DNA of 64,000 nt from Malacoraja senta (Eukaryota): contig CM075988.1 in NCBI GenBank assembly GCA_038087875.1, positions 7,070,001-7,134,000 on the forward strand. Direction: 5' to 3'. The translations under genes were made by a program, and so were the position numbers. Positions 11,476 to 25,500 of this stretch are shown here, piece after piece. The notes below the pieces were generated by a model. That model saw only the letters and a program-made list of their open reading frames with translations. It had not been told where the DNA came from and made no database searches. Numbering within the stretch: the stretch's first letter is position 1; each line of letters opens with the position of its first letter.

Positions 11476-13980
11476 CACAGAATCCAAAGAAGACATCTGT
11501 GCAAACCTAAAGAATCTGGCGGATTATCACTCCCTAATTTTTTATATTATTACTGGGCCACAAATGTCAAAAATATGATTCACCTGTTGGACAATTCGGC
11601 CCAGCAGGTGGATTGAATAGTAATGGAGAGAGAGGATTGTTCCCCTTTTAATATAGGAGCGATCCTTCTCTCACCAACAAAAATGAAGAATTTTTTTTTA
11701 CCAATTACCAATTACCAAGCACTTTATTTGTCCCCGAGGGGCAATTTAAACAAACAATACATTTAATCTGCACCGACCGGTCGACCGCATGAGCAGCGAC
11801 CCGGCAATGGATTGGGTTGTCAGCAGCGATACAATAAAAAAGAACACACAAAAGGTAACACAAACATCCACCACAGCATTCATCACTGTGGTGGAAGGCA
11901 CAAAAATTTGGCCAGTCCTCCTCCATTTCCCCCCCGTGGACAGGATCAGAGTCCAAGTCAGTCCAGGATCGGCTCTTCCTCACCCGAGACCGCGGCTTTA
12001 GATTGTTATGGGCCGCAGGCCGGCGATCAAGATTTAAGGTTCCCTCCTGCAGCCAGAAGCACCGTAGACTGCAGGGCTGGCGGTCGAAGCTCCCCTCCAG
12101 GGGTGATGGTAAGTCCATGCCGGCCCCGCGGTAGAAGTTGGCCGCGGGCCGGCAGTGATGGCTTCTTCTTCTTCCCCCGGGTCCCCCAAGAGGGATCCCG
12201 GGCTGTAGACGCCGCACCAGCTGGAGCTTTGCAGACCGCGGCTTCAGGCTGCGACTTCAGGCTGCCGGCTGCCCCGGGCCAGCGAAACGGAGCACTCCCC
12301 TCCAGCGAGCCCCAGCGAGGGTTCACCCGCTCCACGCCGAGAGTCCACGCTGCGCCCGCCGCTGAAGCCCGGGCACGTCTCTGGGAAAGGCCGCGCCGAT
12401 CCTTGATGTTAGGCCACGGGGGAGGCGACCTGGAAAAAGTCGCCTCTCCATGGAGGAGGCGACCGAAGCGGTTTCCCCCTTACCCCCCCACACCACCCCC
12501 CACACAAGACACACAAAGAAACATTAATTACACATTTTAAAACATACTAAAAATTAAAAATAAAAAATAAAGTTGAAAAAACTGATGCACTGCTGACATG
12601 GCTGCTGCCAGAGCAGCGCCCCCTACAGACAATATACAGTAAAAATCCAATTATTCATAGTACAATTAGGATTTGGAAACAAATAAAATTAACTTTAAAA
12701 TTAAGAAATCTATCGCTTCTCTCGCCTATAATGAATAACCCTACGTTTATACCTTCTATGATAGATAAATCTTTTACAAACTGGGATAGATTAGGAATTA
12801 AAATGCTTGGAGATATGTATGATAATGGAAGATTTTTAACATTTCACCAACTACCACTTAAATATAACTTGAGTAGTAATCAATATTTTAAATATTTTCA
12901 AATACGTGATTATTTGAAAAAATATACACGAGAATATCAAAATATGTCTCCAGACCTATTAGACGAGATAATGAATATAAAAGCGGAATCAACTAATTTA
13001 ATATCATACCTGTATAATACCATTTTAAACATAGAAATTCCATCATCTGATAGGATTAGAAGAGATTGGGAACAAGAACTAGCTATAAAAATCTCGAAAG
13101 AGAGTTGGGATAAACACCTGTTATATGTGCATAAATGCTCGATTAACGTAAGACATACTCTAATTCAATTAAAAAATTTACATAGATTATACTATTCAAA
13201 AGCTAAATTAAGTAAATTTTACCCAAATGTCTCTTCTATCTGTGATAAATGTCTAACCCAAGAAGCAACTATAGCACATTCTTTTGTTTTTTGTATAAAA
13301 ATCCAAAAAATTTGGAATGAAATCTTTGAAATTTTCACGAAATTATTTAAAATAAAACTGAAACCGAATGCAGAACTGATCATTTTTGGAACAATCGAAG
13401 CCAGTTTGGAGCTGACTTCGTTTCAAAGGAGCTTTCTTAATTATGGCTTAATAATGGCAAAAAAACATACTGAAATTTTGGAAAAACGCTCCCACGCCAA
13501 CGACAAAAATGTGGATTTCTAATATGTCGGAACTGTTACACCTAGAAGATATGAGATTCCTCTTAGCAGGTAAACCAGACCAATTCCAAAAGATTTGGTC
13601 TCCATTTATCGACATTACAAATATAGGGTGCAACAAAATGTTGATAATAAACGGTTTCAGGACCTGGCGAGGGGTGAGTAAAGATATGAAGTAGGTACAT
13701 CCCTTTTATATTGTCCTATCTTATCTTACTTTTTCTTTTTTCTTTTTCCTGCTTTTGGTTTTTCCCTTTAAAAAAAAACTATTTCTTGTGGTTTAGGTCC
13801 ATATGGGTGTTCCTGGACCACTCTTTCAGTCACTCACTTACTATCTTTACTAACTCTTTCTATCCTTTCTCTTATTAAAGTTTAAAATAAGTAGTACAAG
13901 AAAAGTGTAACCTTATGTTTATTGGAGATCACTGTACTGTACAATACTTCTAATAAAAAAATAATTTAAAATTAAAAAAA
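11476..13980 (+). mobile_element. L1-clade LINE 3' part (ORF2 C-terminus with CCHC zinc knuckle, 3' UTR, A-rich tail), interrupted at ~11691-12626
   Basis: GGLSLPNF.YYWA motif before the insertion; IRIWKQIK...HRLYYS...CDKC-x7-H-x4-C after it; AATAAA and A-rich tail at ~13952-13980. Confidence 0.9.
11691..12626 (-). mobile_element. GC-rich non-coding retroelement with Rex1/Babar-type 3' tail, nested in L1
   Basis: Removing it restores the L1 frame (KMK|KTIYS). Its 3' end matches 60788-60821 at 33/34 nt and is followed by (TAATTGG)n and an oligo-A. Confidence 0.8.
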
Positions 13981-16900
13981 TGGAAAAGAAGATGACATCT
14001 CTTGCTCTGATGCCAGTATTCCCAATGATTCAATCAAATGCACCTGGGTACAATGAAATTCTGTGTTTTTGCATACAATACACAAAGTACGCAGAGAGTC
14101 GCCATGTATCTGGTGCTGACAAAGTTGCCCAAGTACTCATTAGAGTCCCGATGGTCTCTCTTTGTTCTCAGCCTATTGGTCTAATTCTACTCCAATTCCT
14201 TATGACCTTGTGACCCTCACCAAGTGGGTTCTGCGACCGGCTGCCTGTTGGGGTTTGGCAACCGCCCGCACGGCCCTCTATACGTCGGCACCGGTGACTC
14301 GGGGTCAAGTTCAAACTCCTGTACCCTGTTCTGAATGATAATGCTCGTATAAAGCAACTTGGGCAATGTGAACAATGTTCAAGGTGCTGCCTTACAGGTA
14401 GTTGTTGCAGTGTCATTAGGCTTGGGTTTATTATTGCCACGTGTATCGAGGTATTATTGCCACGTGTATCCAGATATTTCTATCAGTTTGTATTGGTCTG
14501 TTGTGGTTAATGTCCCAATAGATTTGTTTGGATTAATTACTTGACCCCAAATATATGCACAATGATTTCCTTTTTACTTTGCTGGGCAATACTGTCTGGT
14601 TCCTCTTTTCACTTCTGACTGTTACAGACAACTCTGGGAGAAAGTTGCTGCCTTGAATTTAGAGTAATGTCTGAATTTCACTTGCAAGAAACACTGAATG
14701 TTTGTGCAAAGTGTCTCCAAGCCTCTCCTGTTCGACTGTAATATTCATCAATGTCCTTTTGATGCTTTGAAAGGAGCATTTTTAAACTCCATAATTGATG
14801 TTTAGATTAGTTTTTCGAGATACAGCATGAAAACAGGCCCTTCAGCCCATTGAGTCCACACTGCCCATCGATCACCCATTCATACAAAAATAGACACAAA
14901 ATGCTGAAGTAACTCAGCGGGGCAGGAAACATCTCAGGAGAGAAGGAATAGATGACGTTTCGGGTCAAGACCCTCCTTCAGAGTGAAGAAGGGTCTCGAC
15001 CCTAAACGTCACCCATTCCTTTACTCCAGAGATGCTGCCTGTCCCGCTGAGTTACTCCAGCATTATGTGTCTATCTTTGGTTTAAACCAGCATCTGCAGT
15101 TCCTTCCTACTCATTCATACTAGTTCTATGTTATCTGACTTTCTCATCCACTCCCTACACACTAGGAGAAATTGACAGATGTCAAACAACGTACAAATCT
15201 GCACATTCTTGGGATGTGGGAGGAAATCAGAGCACATGGAGGAAACCTACATGGTCACAGGAAGAAAATATGAATGTCACATGGACAGCACGCAAGGTCA
15301 GGATTGAACCCAGGTCTTTGGCGCTGTGAGGCAGTGCCGCTACCAACTGCACCACTGTGCCTTCTTTTAAGCCTTAGTTGCCTTAACCTAAACAGTCACA
15401 CATCCCAGAAACAGAATCTTAGTCCCAACTCATCCGTGCCAACCACGATACCCCACCTAAGCTAGTCACATTTGCCTGTCTTTACCCCTATCCCTCTAAA
15501 TATTTTCCTATCCTTGTATCTGTGTCTTTTAATGCTGTTATAGCACCTGCCTCAACTATCTCCTCTGGCAACTCATAAAGTCATACAATGTGGAAACAGG
15601 CCCTTCGGCCCAACTTGCCCACCTACACTAGTCCCACCTGCCTGCGCTTGGTCCATATCCCTCCAAACTTGTCCTATCCATGTACCTGTCTAAATGTTCC
15701 TTAAATGTTGGGATAGTCCCATCCTCAACTACCTCCTGTGGCAGCTTGTTCCATACACCCACCACCCATACTCATTACATATATCCAAAACCCTCTGTGT
15801 GTAAGTTTTCCCTCGAGTATAAATGTTTCCCCCTTGCAAACTTCTGGCTCTTGATTGCTCTACCCTGGGTAAAAGACTCTGTGCATTTACCCTATCAATT
15901 CCCCTCATGATTTTATACACCTTTATAAGATCACCCCTCGGTCTCCTGTGCTTCAAGGAATAAAGTCCTAGATAGAGCATTTCCTTCTGAATCGAGCCTT
16001 CAAGTCTTGTCAAAATTATCGCAGGTCTTCTCTGCACACTTTCCAGTTTAAATGTTTATCGTTGATAGCGATTTCTCCTGAGCTGGTCTTAGAAGGATGA
16101 AATATAATAAATTAATTGGATTCCAAAAAACTCCTTGCATCCTAATAACTTTCATCCTTTACCCTACGACCTGGATCTTGATGAATACATGTCTACATTC
16201 CTGTGCCACTGTGTTGCCTCGTACAAATCTCGTAAGGGTTTTTCAAGGATTTCTAACAGACGTGTGTTAGTAAGCTTGGAGCAAGGCTTGATCTGTTTCC
16301 CTTGTTTTTTTCACTGCAAAGATAGTTTAGTTCAGTTTAGAGATGTAGCGTGGAGACAGGCCCTTTGGCCCACCGAGTCCATGCAGACCATCGATCACTC
16401 GGACACCACATTATCCCATTTTGCATCCTACGCACAAGGGGCAGTTTACAGAAGGCACTTAGCCTACAAACCTACACGTCTTTGGAATGTTTGAGGAAAC
16501 TTGAGCACCTGGAGAAAACCCACGCAGTCACAGGGAGGACATACAGACTCCACACAGACAGCAGCCGAGGTCGCAATCAATCCAGGGTCTCTGGCGCTGA
16601 GAGGCAGAAGCTCTAACTCTGAGCCGCTCTGCTGGTGAAGACCAAAATGGTATATCTGGAGAGACAAAGCTGGAATTTAAGTGGAATTAAGGGTATTTAG
16701 TGGTAGATTAACCCACCTGCCTGTAAATGTGGCTCTTTGACGTGGTGGCATCGAGCATGGGTTAGTGGACTTTGGGTCTGTGTGGAGTCTATTTATTTGT
16801 GGTTGTCTGTCTAGCCTTCCCCTGGGTGAGGTGGAATGTTTCATACTTCTTGGCAAATTGAAACTGGGAGAAACGTGCAAAATTATCTGTATTAAAAAAA

Positions 16901-17736
16901 TATGCTCTTTAAATGGATCAAATAAATGAATGGAGTCTGTGCTCATGTATTTATATGGTATGTTCTTTAGCAACAGAAGGAGGGTATTGGTCAATTTGGT
17001 CAGCATGGGCCAGGGGCTGTTTATGTGCCGCATAACTCTGGGGAATTCAGTATTAAACTGTGTTAATAATTGATGGTATATGTAGATAAAAATATAATGC
17101 CAGTTCTAGGCGCATCAACCTACGGCGGCACAACGGTAGAGTTGCTGCCTTACAGCGCCAGGGACCCAGGTTCGATGCTGACTACGGGTGCTTGTCTGTA
17201 CGGAGTTTGTACATTCTGCCTGTGACCTGTGTGGATTTTCTCCGGGTGTTCTGGTTTCCTCCCACACTCCCAAGACGTAGAGGTTTGTAGGTTAATAGGT
17301 TTGGTAAAGTTGTAATTTGTCCCTAGTGTATGTTGGATCGTGTCAGTCTGTGGGGATTACTGGCTGGCACGGACTCGGTGAGCCAAAGGGCCTGTTTCTG
17401 CACTGTATGTCTAAACTAAACGAAACCTGGGAAATGGCTTCTCCTCCTTTGGTGGGATGTCTGCTGATTTGTCCAAACCCTCGCTTTCCCCGCACCAATG
17501 TGTGCTTGTTCCAGCACGTATGTTAAAGAACATGCCAAGTAACAGCCCCGAGCACAGTGCAGCAGGACTCCTGAGTTATTTTTATTATTATCTTATTATT
17601 TTTGAATATTGACCCTGTTGCAGCACAGCCCCGTTTGTGACTGGTTTAGCAGACTTCATGGTTGACTGGGTAATGGTTCTGCATGTGATCTTTCTGTAAT
17701 CTAATTTTAAATCACTCTCTTGTTATTTCTTGCCAG

Positions 17737-17818
17737 GTACCGTGGCTTCACTCTGGTGCTGACCTTCCTATTCTACACCAGTTATCATCTGTCTCGCAAG
17801 CCCATCAGCATCGTCAAG
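17737..17818 (+). CDS. SLC37A2: SLC37A2 exon 2 (YRGFTLVLTFLFYTSYHLSRKPISIVK)
   Basis: Acceptor ttcttgccag|, donor AAG|gtacgt; TM1 plus the SLC37 signature. Confidence 0.95.
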
Positions 17819-18912
17819 GTACGTGAACACTTGGGTGGGGAAGGAGAAGGTTGTGTCTGGTTGAAGGAAATGGGGGGGGGGGGGAGACACATTTTGCCCA
17901 ACAGAAGCTTCAGACATTTGGGGGCAGCACGGTGGCGCAGCGGTAGAGTTGCTGCCTTATAGCGTCAGAGACCAGAGTTCAATCCTGACTTTGAACGCTG
18001 TCTGTACGGAATTTGTAGATTCTCCCCTGCTTGGATTTATTCCAGGTGCTCCAGTTTTCTCCCACACTCCAAAGACATACAGGTTTGTAGGTTAATTGGC
18101 TTTAGTAAAATTGTAAATTGTCCCTTGTATGTAGGAGTGTGTGTGTGTGTAGGATAGTGTTAGTGTCAGGAGATCGCTGGTCGGCGCACACTCGGTAGGC
18201 TGAAAGGCCTGTTTCTGCACTGTATCTCTTAACTAAACTAAACATTCAATAGCATCCGGTCCTTTTAATGGATTGTGAAGTCTTTACTTCTAGAACCAAG
18301 TTGTAGTTTCCAGATGTAATAAAGACGAACTGCAAATGCTAGTTTATACCAAAGGTAGACACACATTGCTGGAGTAACTCAGGTCAGGCAGCATCTCTGG
18401 AGAAAATTAGATAGGTGACGTTTTGGGTTGGGACCCTTCCTCAGACTCCATCATTTAGTGTCTATTTGTAGTTTGCAGTTACAAGGCCATTTAGTGTGGT
18501 AATAGGTATGCAGAAGGTTAGTGGATGAATTATCTGTCTCAATAACACTTTATTCTGGATTCTGTCTCCTTTTGTATTGCACTGCCCGATGGACCTGTGT
18601 GTGGGTATTTATCTTAATAGCACATGAAACAATTTTTCATGATACCTTTGTACAGGTGACAAAAAATAAATCAATGCTGACTACTGGCTGAAGATTGGAA
18701 TTATTGTTAATCTGAAGGCGAGAGTTTGACTGGGTCACATATCTGAGGAATGTAAATTAATTATTCTACAATCCGTATATGTGTCCATGCAACCAGTTCA
18801 TTGTTGTATGTTCCCAATCTCCTTCAAGGGAATGGTTATTCTTGCCCAGTCTGGTCTGCATGTGACTCTAGACTCCTAGCAATGTGCTTGACTATTTACT
18901 GTCCTTTGAAGA

Positions 18913-19152
18913 AGTCAAGTCAAGTCACTTTTATTTATATAGCATATTTTAAAAACAACTCTCGTTGGCCAAAGTGCTTTACATTTGTATAAGAATAGTA
19001 TAAAAAAACAACATTGGTTCATAGATTAAATACAAACATCACTACATACATATAGCCCTCGCTCAGAGGACGTGAAGAAAGGCTTGGGAGTAGAGATGAG
19101 TTTTAAGTCTCGACTTAAAGGAGTCAATGGAGGGGGCAGTTCTGATGGGAAG
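18913..19152 (-). mobile_element. L2-clade LINE 3' end
   Basis: Minus strand encodes FKSRLKT; 3' end tgtaaagcactttgg...atgctatataaataaaag plus (TGACT)n tail. Confidence 0.7.
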
Positions 19153-22100
19153 CCAAGTGAACTTTTCAGAAGCAATCGGGAACGGTTGATTCCCCTTGAT
19201 TAGGCACCAGCAAGAGGACAGAGTTCAAGTACTGCAGATACCTCTTGCCAGGTGTGTTATTTTTGTAGCGAGTCTCTAAATCGGGCCTGATCTGATCTAT
19301 TGGGCGGCAGTAAAAAAATCAGGTATCTGAAGGTATCACAGTTTAACTCGTGATCAACCGTCGCAAAATCTTCTCGTCCTGTTTAATGCTTTAAAGAATG
19401 GCATAAAATAACCCCTCCAATGTTGTAAGAAAGTATGAGATATGAATGAGGTAAAGGCCTCTACTAATTCTCATGGGAAGATCCCAAAAGCATCAAACAA
19501 CAATAGTGATGTTTTTGTAATCGTTGCTTGGCCCATCAATGGCTCTTAGACCATTCCCATCAATTTTATTCCCCCTCGTGTTTCCCTTTTAATCTACATT
19601 CCCCTCCAAATATTAACTCCCCTAAGAGGCAGCGATCCGGATTCGATCCTGACTATGGGTGCTTGTCTGTGCAGAGTTTGTACGTTCTCCCCATGTGCGT
19701 TTTCTCCGGCTGCTCCAGTTTCCTCTTACACACCGAAGACGTACAGGTACAGGTTTGGCTATTGTAAATTGTCCCTGGTGAGTGTAGGATTGTGCTGGTG
19801 TATGTGGTGATCGCTGGTCGGCATGGACTCAGTGGGCCGAAGGGCCTGTTTCCGTGCTTTATCTCAAAAGCCTAACGCACTGGAAGTGATGAGGCATCAC
19901 TCGGAGGCATAATCTCTTGCAACAGATGTCAAACAGGGACCATGCCCGCTCTCTAACGAGTCAAGAGTGTTTTATTGTCATATGTACTGAAATAGAACAA
20001 TGACATTCTTGCAGCAGCACAACAAATTTGTAAACACAAATGCTGGAGAAACTCAGCGGGTGCTGAGTTTCTCCAGCATTTTTGTGTACCTTCGATTTTA
20101 CAGCATCTGCAGTTCCTTCTTTAAAAAATTTGTAAACACAGTACTCAATAGATTATATAATAACCAAAGAATAAAAAAATATTAAAAATAAACAATATAG
20201 TGCAAAGCAAAACAAAGTCCAAAGTCCCTATTGCAACCAAAACAGTTTGTCATTTGGTGTTCGGAGTGTTCAATAGCCTGATAGTTGTTGGGAAGAAGCA
20301 GCAGAATCCTTCAGATAGGCACAAAATGCTGGAGTAACTCAGCGGGACAGGCAGCATCTCAGGAGAGAAGGAATGGGTGACGTTTCAGGTCGGGACCCTT
20401 CTTCAGACTTCAGAATCCTTCCTGGCCAATATTTAAGTCTCCAATTCTGGTTAAATATGTTGTGTATTATCGGTCTTCTCAGTCTGTTTCCTATTGTTGG
20501 AGTTCTGAACGACCTTTAACACTTCTGCTTCCTGAGGAGGTCAGGGTGAATTACGTGGTGAATTCCTCTATATAGACGTACTGGTTTGTAAGCTGAAGAA
20601 CCAGCATCTGCAGTTCCTCCCTACACAGGTTTGTAGGCTAGTTGGCTTGGTAAAATTGTAAATTGTCTCTAGTGTGTGTAGGATAATGTTAGTGTACGGG
20701 GAAATCGCTGGTTGGTGCTCATAGCCTGTTTCTGCGCTGTATCTCTAAACTAAACATAGCTGCCCTACTGCACCATGGGTCACAGGAGCGGGTTCAGTGT
20801 AGATGGACAACCATTCTGTGGTTGTGTGATGTGAACTAAAACCATGCATTGAGTTTTGAGATTATAATCTGAACCCTGGCTCATTTATTTCCCACCTCCT
20901 TCCTAGTGCTCATACTGGCATCTGGTGATAGAGGTCGGTATTGCAGCTGAGCACCTGCCGAGTTATGACTGAAATAAGATTTATTTTGTAGCTATCCACA
21001 CCTCAAAAAGTGAATGTAAAATGGAAACTATCTGCTTTCATGCATTTGCCCACTTTGGGCTCCAAATAGAAGCAGTTATTCTTTAATGATATAGGCTTGT
21101 ATTCATAACACAAAGTGCTAGAAGAACTCAGTGGGTCAAGCAGCATTTGTGGAGGGAATGGATAGGTGCTATTTCATTTTGGGTCGGGCTAATCAGTCTG
21201 AAGAAGGGTCCCAACCTGAAACATAGCCTATCCATTGCCTCCACAGATGCTTTCTGACCTAGTTCCTCCAGCACTTTGTGTTTTGCTCAAGATTCCAGCA
21301 TCTGCAGTTCCTTGTATTGGCTTTTATTTGTCCTTTAATGAGTCAGATGGCCTTTTACAGGTGCATGTACATTTTTCCCTAGACAAGTTCTGGCCTCTCT
21401 TGCAGTTATTATTGATTAAACGTGTCCATACCTGCATTGTGAGGTGTGAATATAGACACAAAAAGCTGGAATCACTCAGCGGGACAGGCAGCACCTTTGA
21501 AGAGAAGGAATGGGTGACGTTTCAGGTCGAGACCCTTCTTCAGCCACGAAAGACTTCTGTGAGGTGTGAAGTCCGAAAAGGGTCTCGACCTGAAACATCA
21601 CCTATTCCTTTTCTCCAGAGATGCTGCCTGACGTGCAGAGTTACTTCAGCTTTTTGTGTCTGTCTTCGGTTTAAGCCAGCATCTGTAGTTCCTTCCTACA
21701 CATTGTGAGGTGTGAAGATGCTGTATAAAAGTGAATGAGCTGTGCTGGTGACTAACTTTGGGTGATACACAATGGCGCAGCTGGTAGAGCTGCTGCCTCA
21801 CAGCGCCAGAGACCCGGGTTTAATCCTGACTATGGTTGCTGTGTGTATAGAGTTTGTACATTCTCCCTGTGATTGCGTGGGTTTAATTGGCCTGCAACAG
21901 CATATGGGTGAATGGTGGAGTTGAGATGGCTTGGTGGTGCAGTATAGGGAGTGGATAAGAAAGTCGGACAATGTAGAGCTGGTGTGAACGGTGGTCGATG
22001 GTCGGGTGAAGGGACTGTTTCCGTGCTGTATCTCTAAAACTGAAAGCTAATGCCAGGTGTTGACTGAAGGAGACCATTACCCTAGCTCTTTCGCAAAAGC

Positions 22101-22457
22101 ATTTAGAACTGTAGAAACATGCAACTTCTCAACGTATACGCAGATGTTGCAGGAAGGACTCTGCCAGTCGAGCAGTTCTGAGGGTGGATTGCCGACTCAA
22201 AATCACTCCACCCACAGATGCTGCTTGACTGGCTGAGTTCCTCCAGCAATTTTCATTTCAGATTCTAGCACCTGCAATTTTATGTTTTGCATTAACGCAT
22301 AACTTAACCGGTTACTGGTTTAGCCAATTGCTGAATGAATTTGAACGTATTGAGGCTTGGGATGAGTTAGCAGGATGTGCACAGCCTCCTCCCAGCGTAG
22401 CTAGTTACTTCATCTTTCACATTCGTATTACTAACAACACATCCAAATGTTTTCCAG

Positions 22458-22548
22458 AGTGAACTCCACAAGAATTGTTCAGCAATTGCCGGCCATGGAA
22501 ACAAAAGTCACCTTGACAATGACACGTGGTGTGACTGGCCTCCGTTTG
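22458..22548 (+). CDS. SLC37A2: SLC37A2 exon 3 (SELHKNCS...NDTWCDWPPF), luminal loop with three N-glycosylation sequons
   Basis: Acceptor ttttccag|, donor G|gtaaga; sequons NCS, NKS, NDT. Confidence 0.93.
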
Positions 22549-25500
22549 GTAAGAATCTTTCTTCGTACGTACTGCATGTCAACAGGGAGCATGTTACCGT
22601 GGAAAAAAAATTGTTGTCACTCTCATCTCCACATCCTAGGTCATGTTGTAAAAAAAGCTCATCTTAACTTTCCTCTTTTTTCTGTCATGTATTTGTTCTA
22701 CTTGTCAAGACCCGCAGCAATTCATCATCAGTGACCCAATCTATTTTATTAGATTTTAGCCACTCTCATTGTCATTGTGAAGATTTATTAAAATTCCAAA
22801 CCATTGTGGCAAGATCTGAACACCTGAAATCTTCTAATTCAGCACCTAAATGTCACACGTTCTACTCGTGCCCTCTGACCTGTTGGTGCATCTGTGTGTT
22901 ACCATCATTGATGTGCAAAGTATTTTTGATTTAAACCAACAGGATTTTTCCCAGTGCAGGAAGGAACTGCAGATGCTGGTTTACGTATACCGAAGATAGA
23001 CACACAATGCTGGAGTAACTCAGCGGGTCAGGCAGCATCTCTGGAGAAAAGGAATAGGTCGCCTTTCGGGTCGAGACCCTTCTTTTGAGCTTCTCTCAGT
23101 TTTCCCCAGCTTCTCTATTGCGTTAGGAAATTTGGCCAAGGCTCCTGGAGACCTGGCTCATTGACATAACCTGACAAAGTGAATCTAGCGCAGAATTTGG
23201 GGATGTAATGCAATTTGAACCTTCAATAGCGGGTGTTGATGCTGCTGCCATTGATGAGGAAGAGACCCATCCTTCAAGATTGGCTGTGGTTCTATTTGTG
23301 ATAGTTCTGAAGCAGCGGCAGGTCAGCTGATCGCTGGTTGACTGAGTCATCTCTGGGAACCATGCCAGCAAAATGTACTATTCATGTACTATACACTATC
23401 ATATATAATGTACTATACACTTCATGTACTATTTTTTTTTGTAAATAATATTCTGCGTCAGGCAGTTTTTAAACTGGAAGGTGGGAGGGGAAGGATTTAA
23501 TAGGAATCTGAGGGACAACATTTTCACACAGAGGGTGGGTACATGGAATTTGCTGCCAGAGAAGGTAGTTGAGGTGGGTACAATAACAGTTAAATGACAT
23601 TTGGACAGATACATAGGAAGGAAAGATTTAGAGGGATATTGACCAAACACAGATGGGTGGCACTAGAGTAGATGGGGCATCCCGGTTGTCAGGGGCAAGT
23701 TGGGCTGAAGGATCTTGTTTCTGTATTGTACGACTATGAAGATCTGTTTGGAACACTTGGCTGATTTATTCTAAGCTATTTATTCTATGGGCTTCACACT
23801 GTGAGCTTCACACTATGGAACTACCCAAAATTTGAGCATTGCACAACCCATGAGTTAGAAGTGGGAACTATAGCTGTTGGTAATCATTGCTGCAATTAAA
23901 TTACCATGACCAAGATTTAGGCCCCTTGTACCATCAGTTCCCAGTACTACTCCTTCTTTCCCTGCACCCTTGCAACTATTTCAATAACAACATATTACAC
24001 AATAATCTTGCTCTCGACACGAGCAAGACCAAGGAGCTGATTGCTGACATCAGGGAAGGAAAGGTGAGGATCAATGAACCTGTCTTCATCGATGTGATGG
24101 TGTGCAGAGATTCAACAGCGTCAAGGGCGTGCATATCTCTGAAGATCTGTCCTGGACCCAGCACGTTGATGCAATCATGAAGAAAGCCCATTAACGACAC
24201 TACTTCCTTTAGAAGATTGAACAGATTTGGTATGTTGCCAAATTCTCTATTGAATGTCTACAGTCTGAGGTTGTGCAGTGGTAGAGTTACTGCCTTACTG
24301 CGCCAGATACCCGGGTTCAATCCTGACGACGGGTTCTGTCTGGACGGAGTTTGTACCTTCTCCCTGTGACTGTGTGGGGTTTCTCTGGGTGGTCTGGTTT
24401 CCTCCCACATTGCAAAGACGTGCAGGTTTGTAGGTTAATTGGCTTCGGTAAAATTGTAAATTATCCATAATGTGTTAGGATAGTGTTAAAGTGTGCGGTC
24501 ATCGCTGGTCGGCACAGACTTGGTGGGCTGATGGGCCTGTTTCTACGCCGTACTAAACCATTTATGGATTAGCTATGCCGCACAATGTTAGTCCAGTTGA
24601 AGTTGGTAAAGTTCAGCAACCTCTCTTGGACAGTTTATCTGGATCCAGCCAAAATGTCAAGTTGACCAAATAGAATCGAAGGACATCTATACCGGGGTGT
24701 TTCTTGAAACAGTGGCTCTCTGTATGTATTACTAAACTTTGCAACTGAGACCAAAATCGGAGAAAAGATACGTTAAAGAGTTGCAGTTCCTTTTGTAACC
24801 TCACGTCAGGGAGAGCAATCTCGGCATGAAGAAGGGACATTGAATGCGCTGAAATACCAACATTCATCTTGGGAATGCATGGAAAAGTTGACCGGCCCAT
24901 GTGGGGACTCGCCCCTGCTTCCTTCGAAGACACCAGGCTGCAATGCATGGAGCGTCTTCAACTGGAAATGTCAACTCCATTTCTCTTTGAGCAGATATTG
25001 CCCTGTTGAATGCTTCCAGCGTTTTGGATTTCATTTCAGATTTTTCACACAAAGGGTGGTGGGTGTATGGAATGAGCTGCCGGAGGAGATAGTTGAGGCA
25101 GGTTCCATCACAATTTTTAAGAAACATTTAGATGGGCATATTGATAGGACAGGTTTAGAGGGATATGGGCAAAATGCAGGCAGGTGGGAAGAGTATAGAT
25201 GAGACATGTTGGTCGGTGTGGCCAAAGGGCCTGTTTCCACGCTGTATGACCACATGACTCTGCACCAACAACTGCAATTTTTATCTTGAGAGTGGAGGGT
25301 GTTTTCCTGTAGTTTCTCAGAAGGGTATTATTTGTATACTGATAGATCTCGTAATGCTTTCAAAGCGTTGATTCATTATCGAGCTCATGTTCGTTCAGTC
25401 CACATGCTCACACCAAACAAGCCGACCATTCTGCTTGTATGCCCCTGTTGTGGGAGCCTGGTGTGAACCCCTTCCCAGCGTTGACTCTCCCACAGCAAAG

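Noticed and set aside
11705..12540. Overlapping 170- and 242-aa ORFs
   Set aside because: Arise from GC-rich, stop-poor repeat sequence; no recognisable domains or splice structure.
12612..12630. CTCF-like motif (minus strand TGTAGGGGGCGC) or ribozyme at the 5' end of the nested element
   Set aside because: Only a partial motif match, and no P1 complement for an HDV-like fold.
17923..17995. tRNA gene
   Set aside because: A/B boxes belong to SINE heads that continue into the V-domain and LINE tail; no complete cloverleaf.
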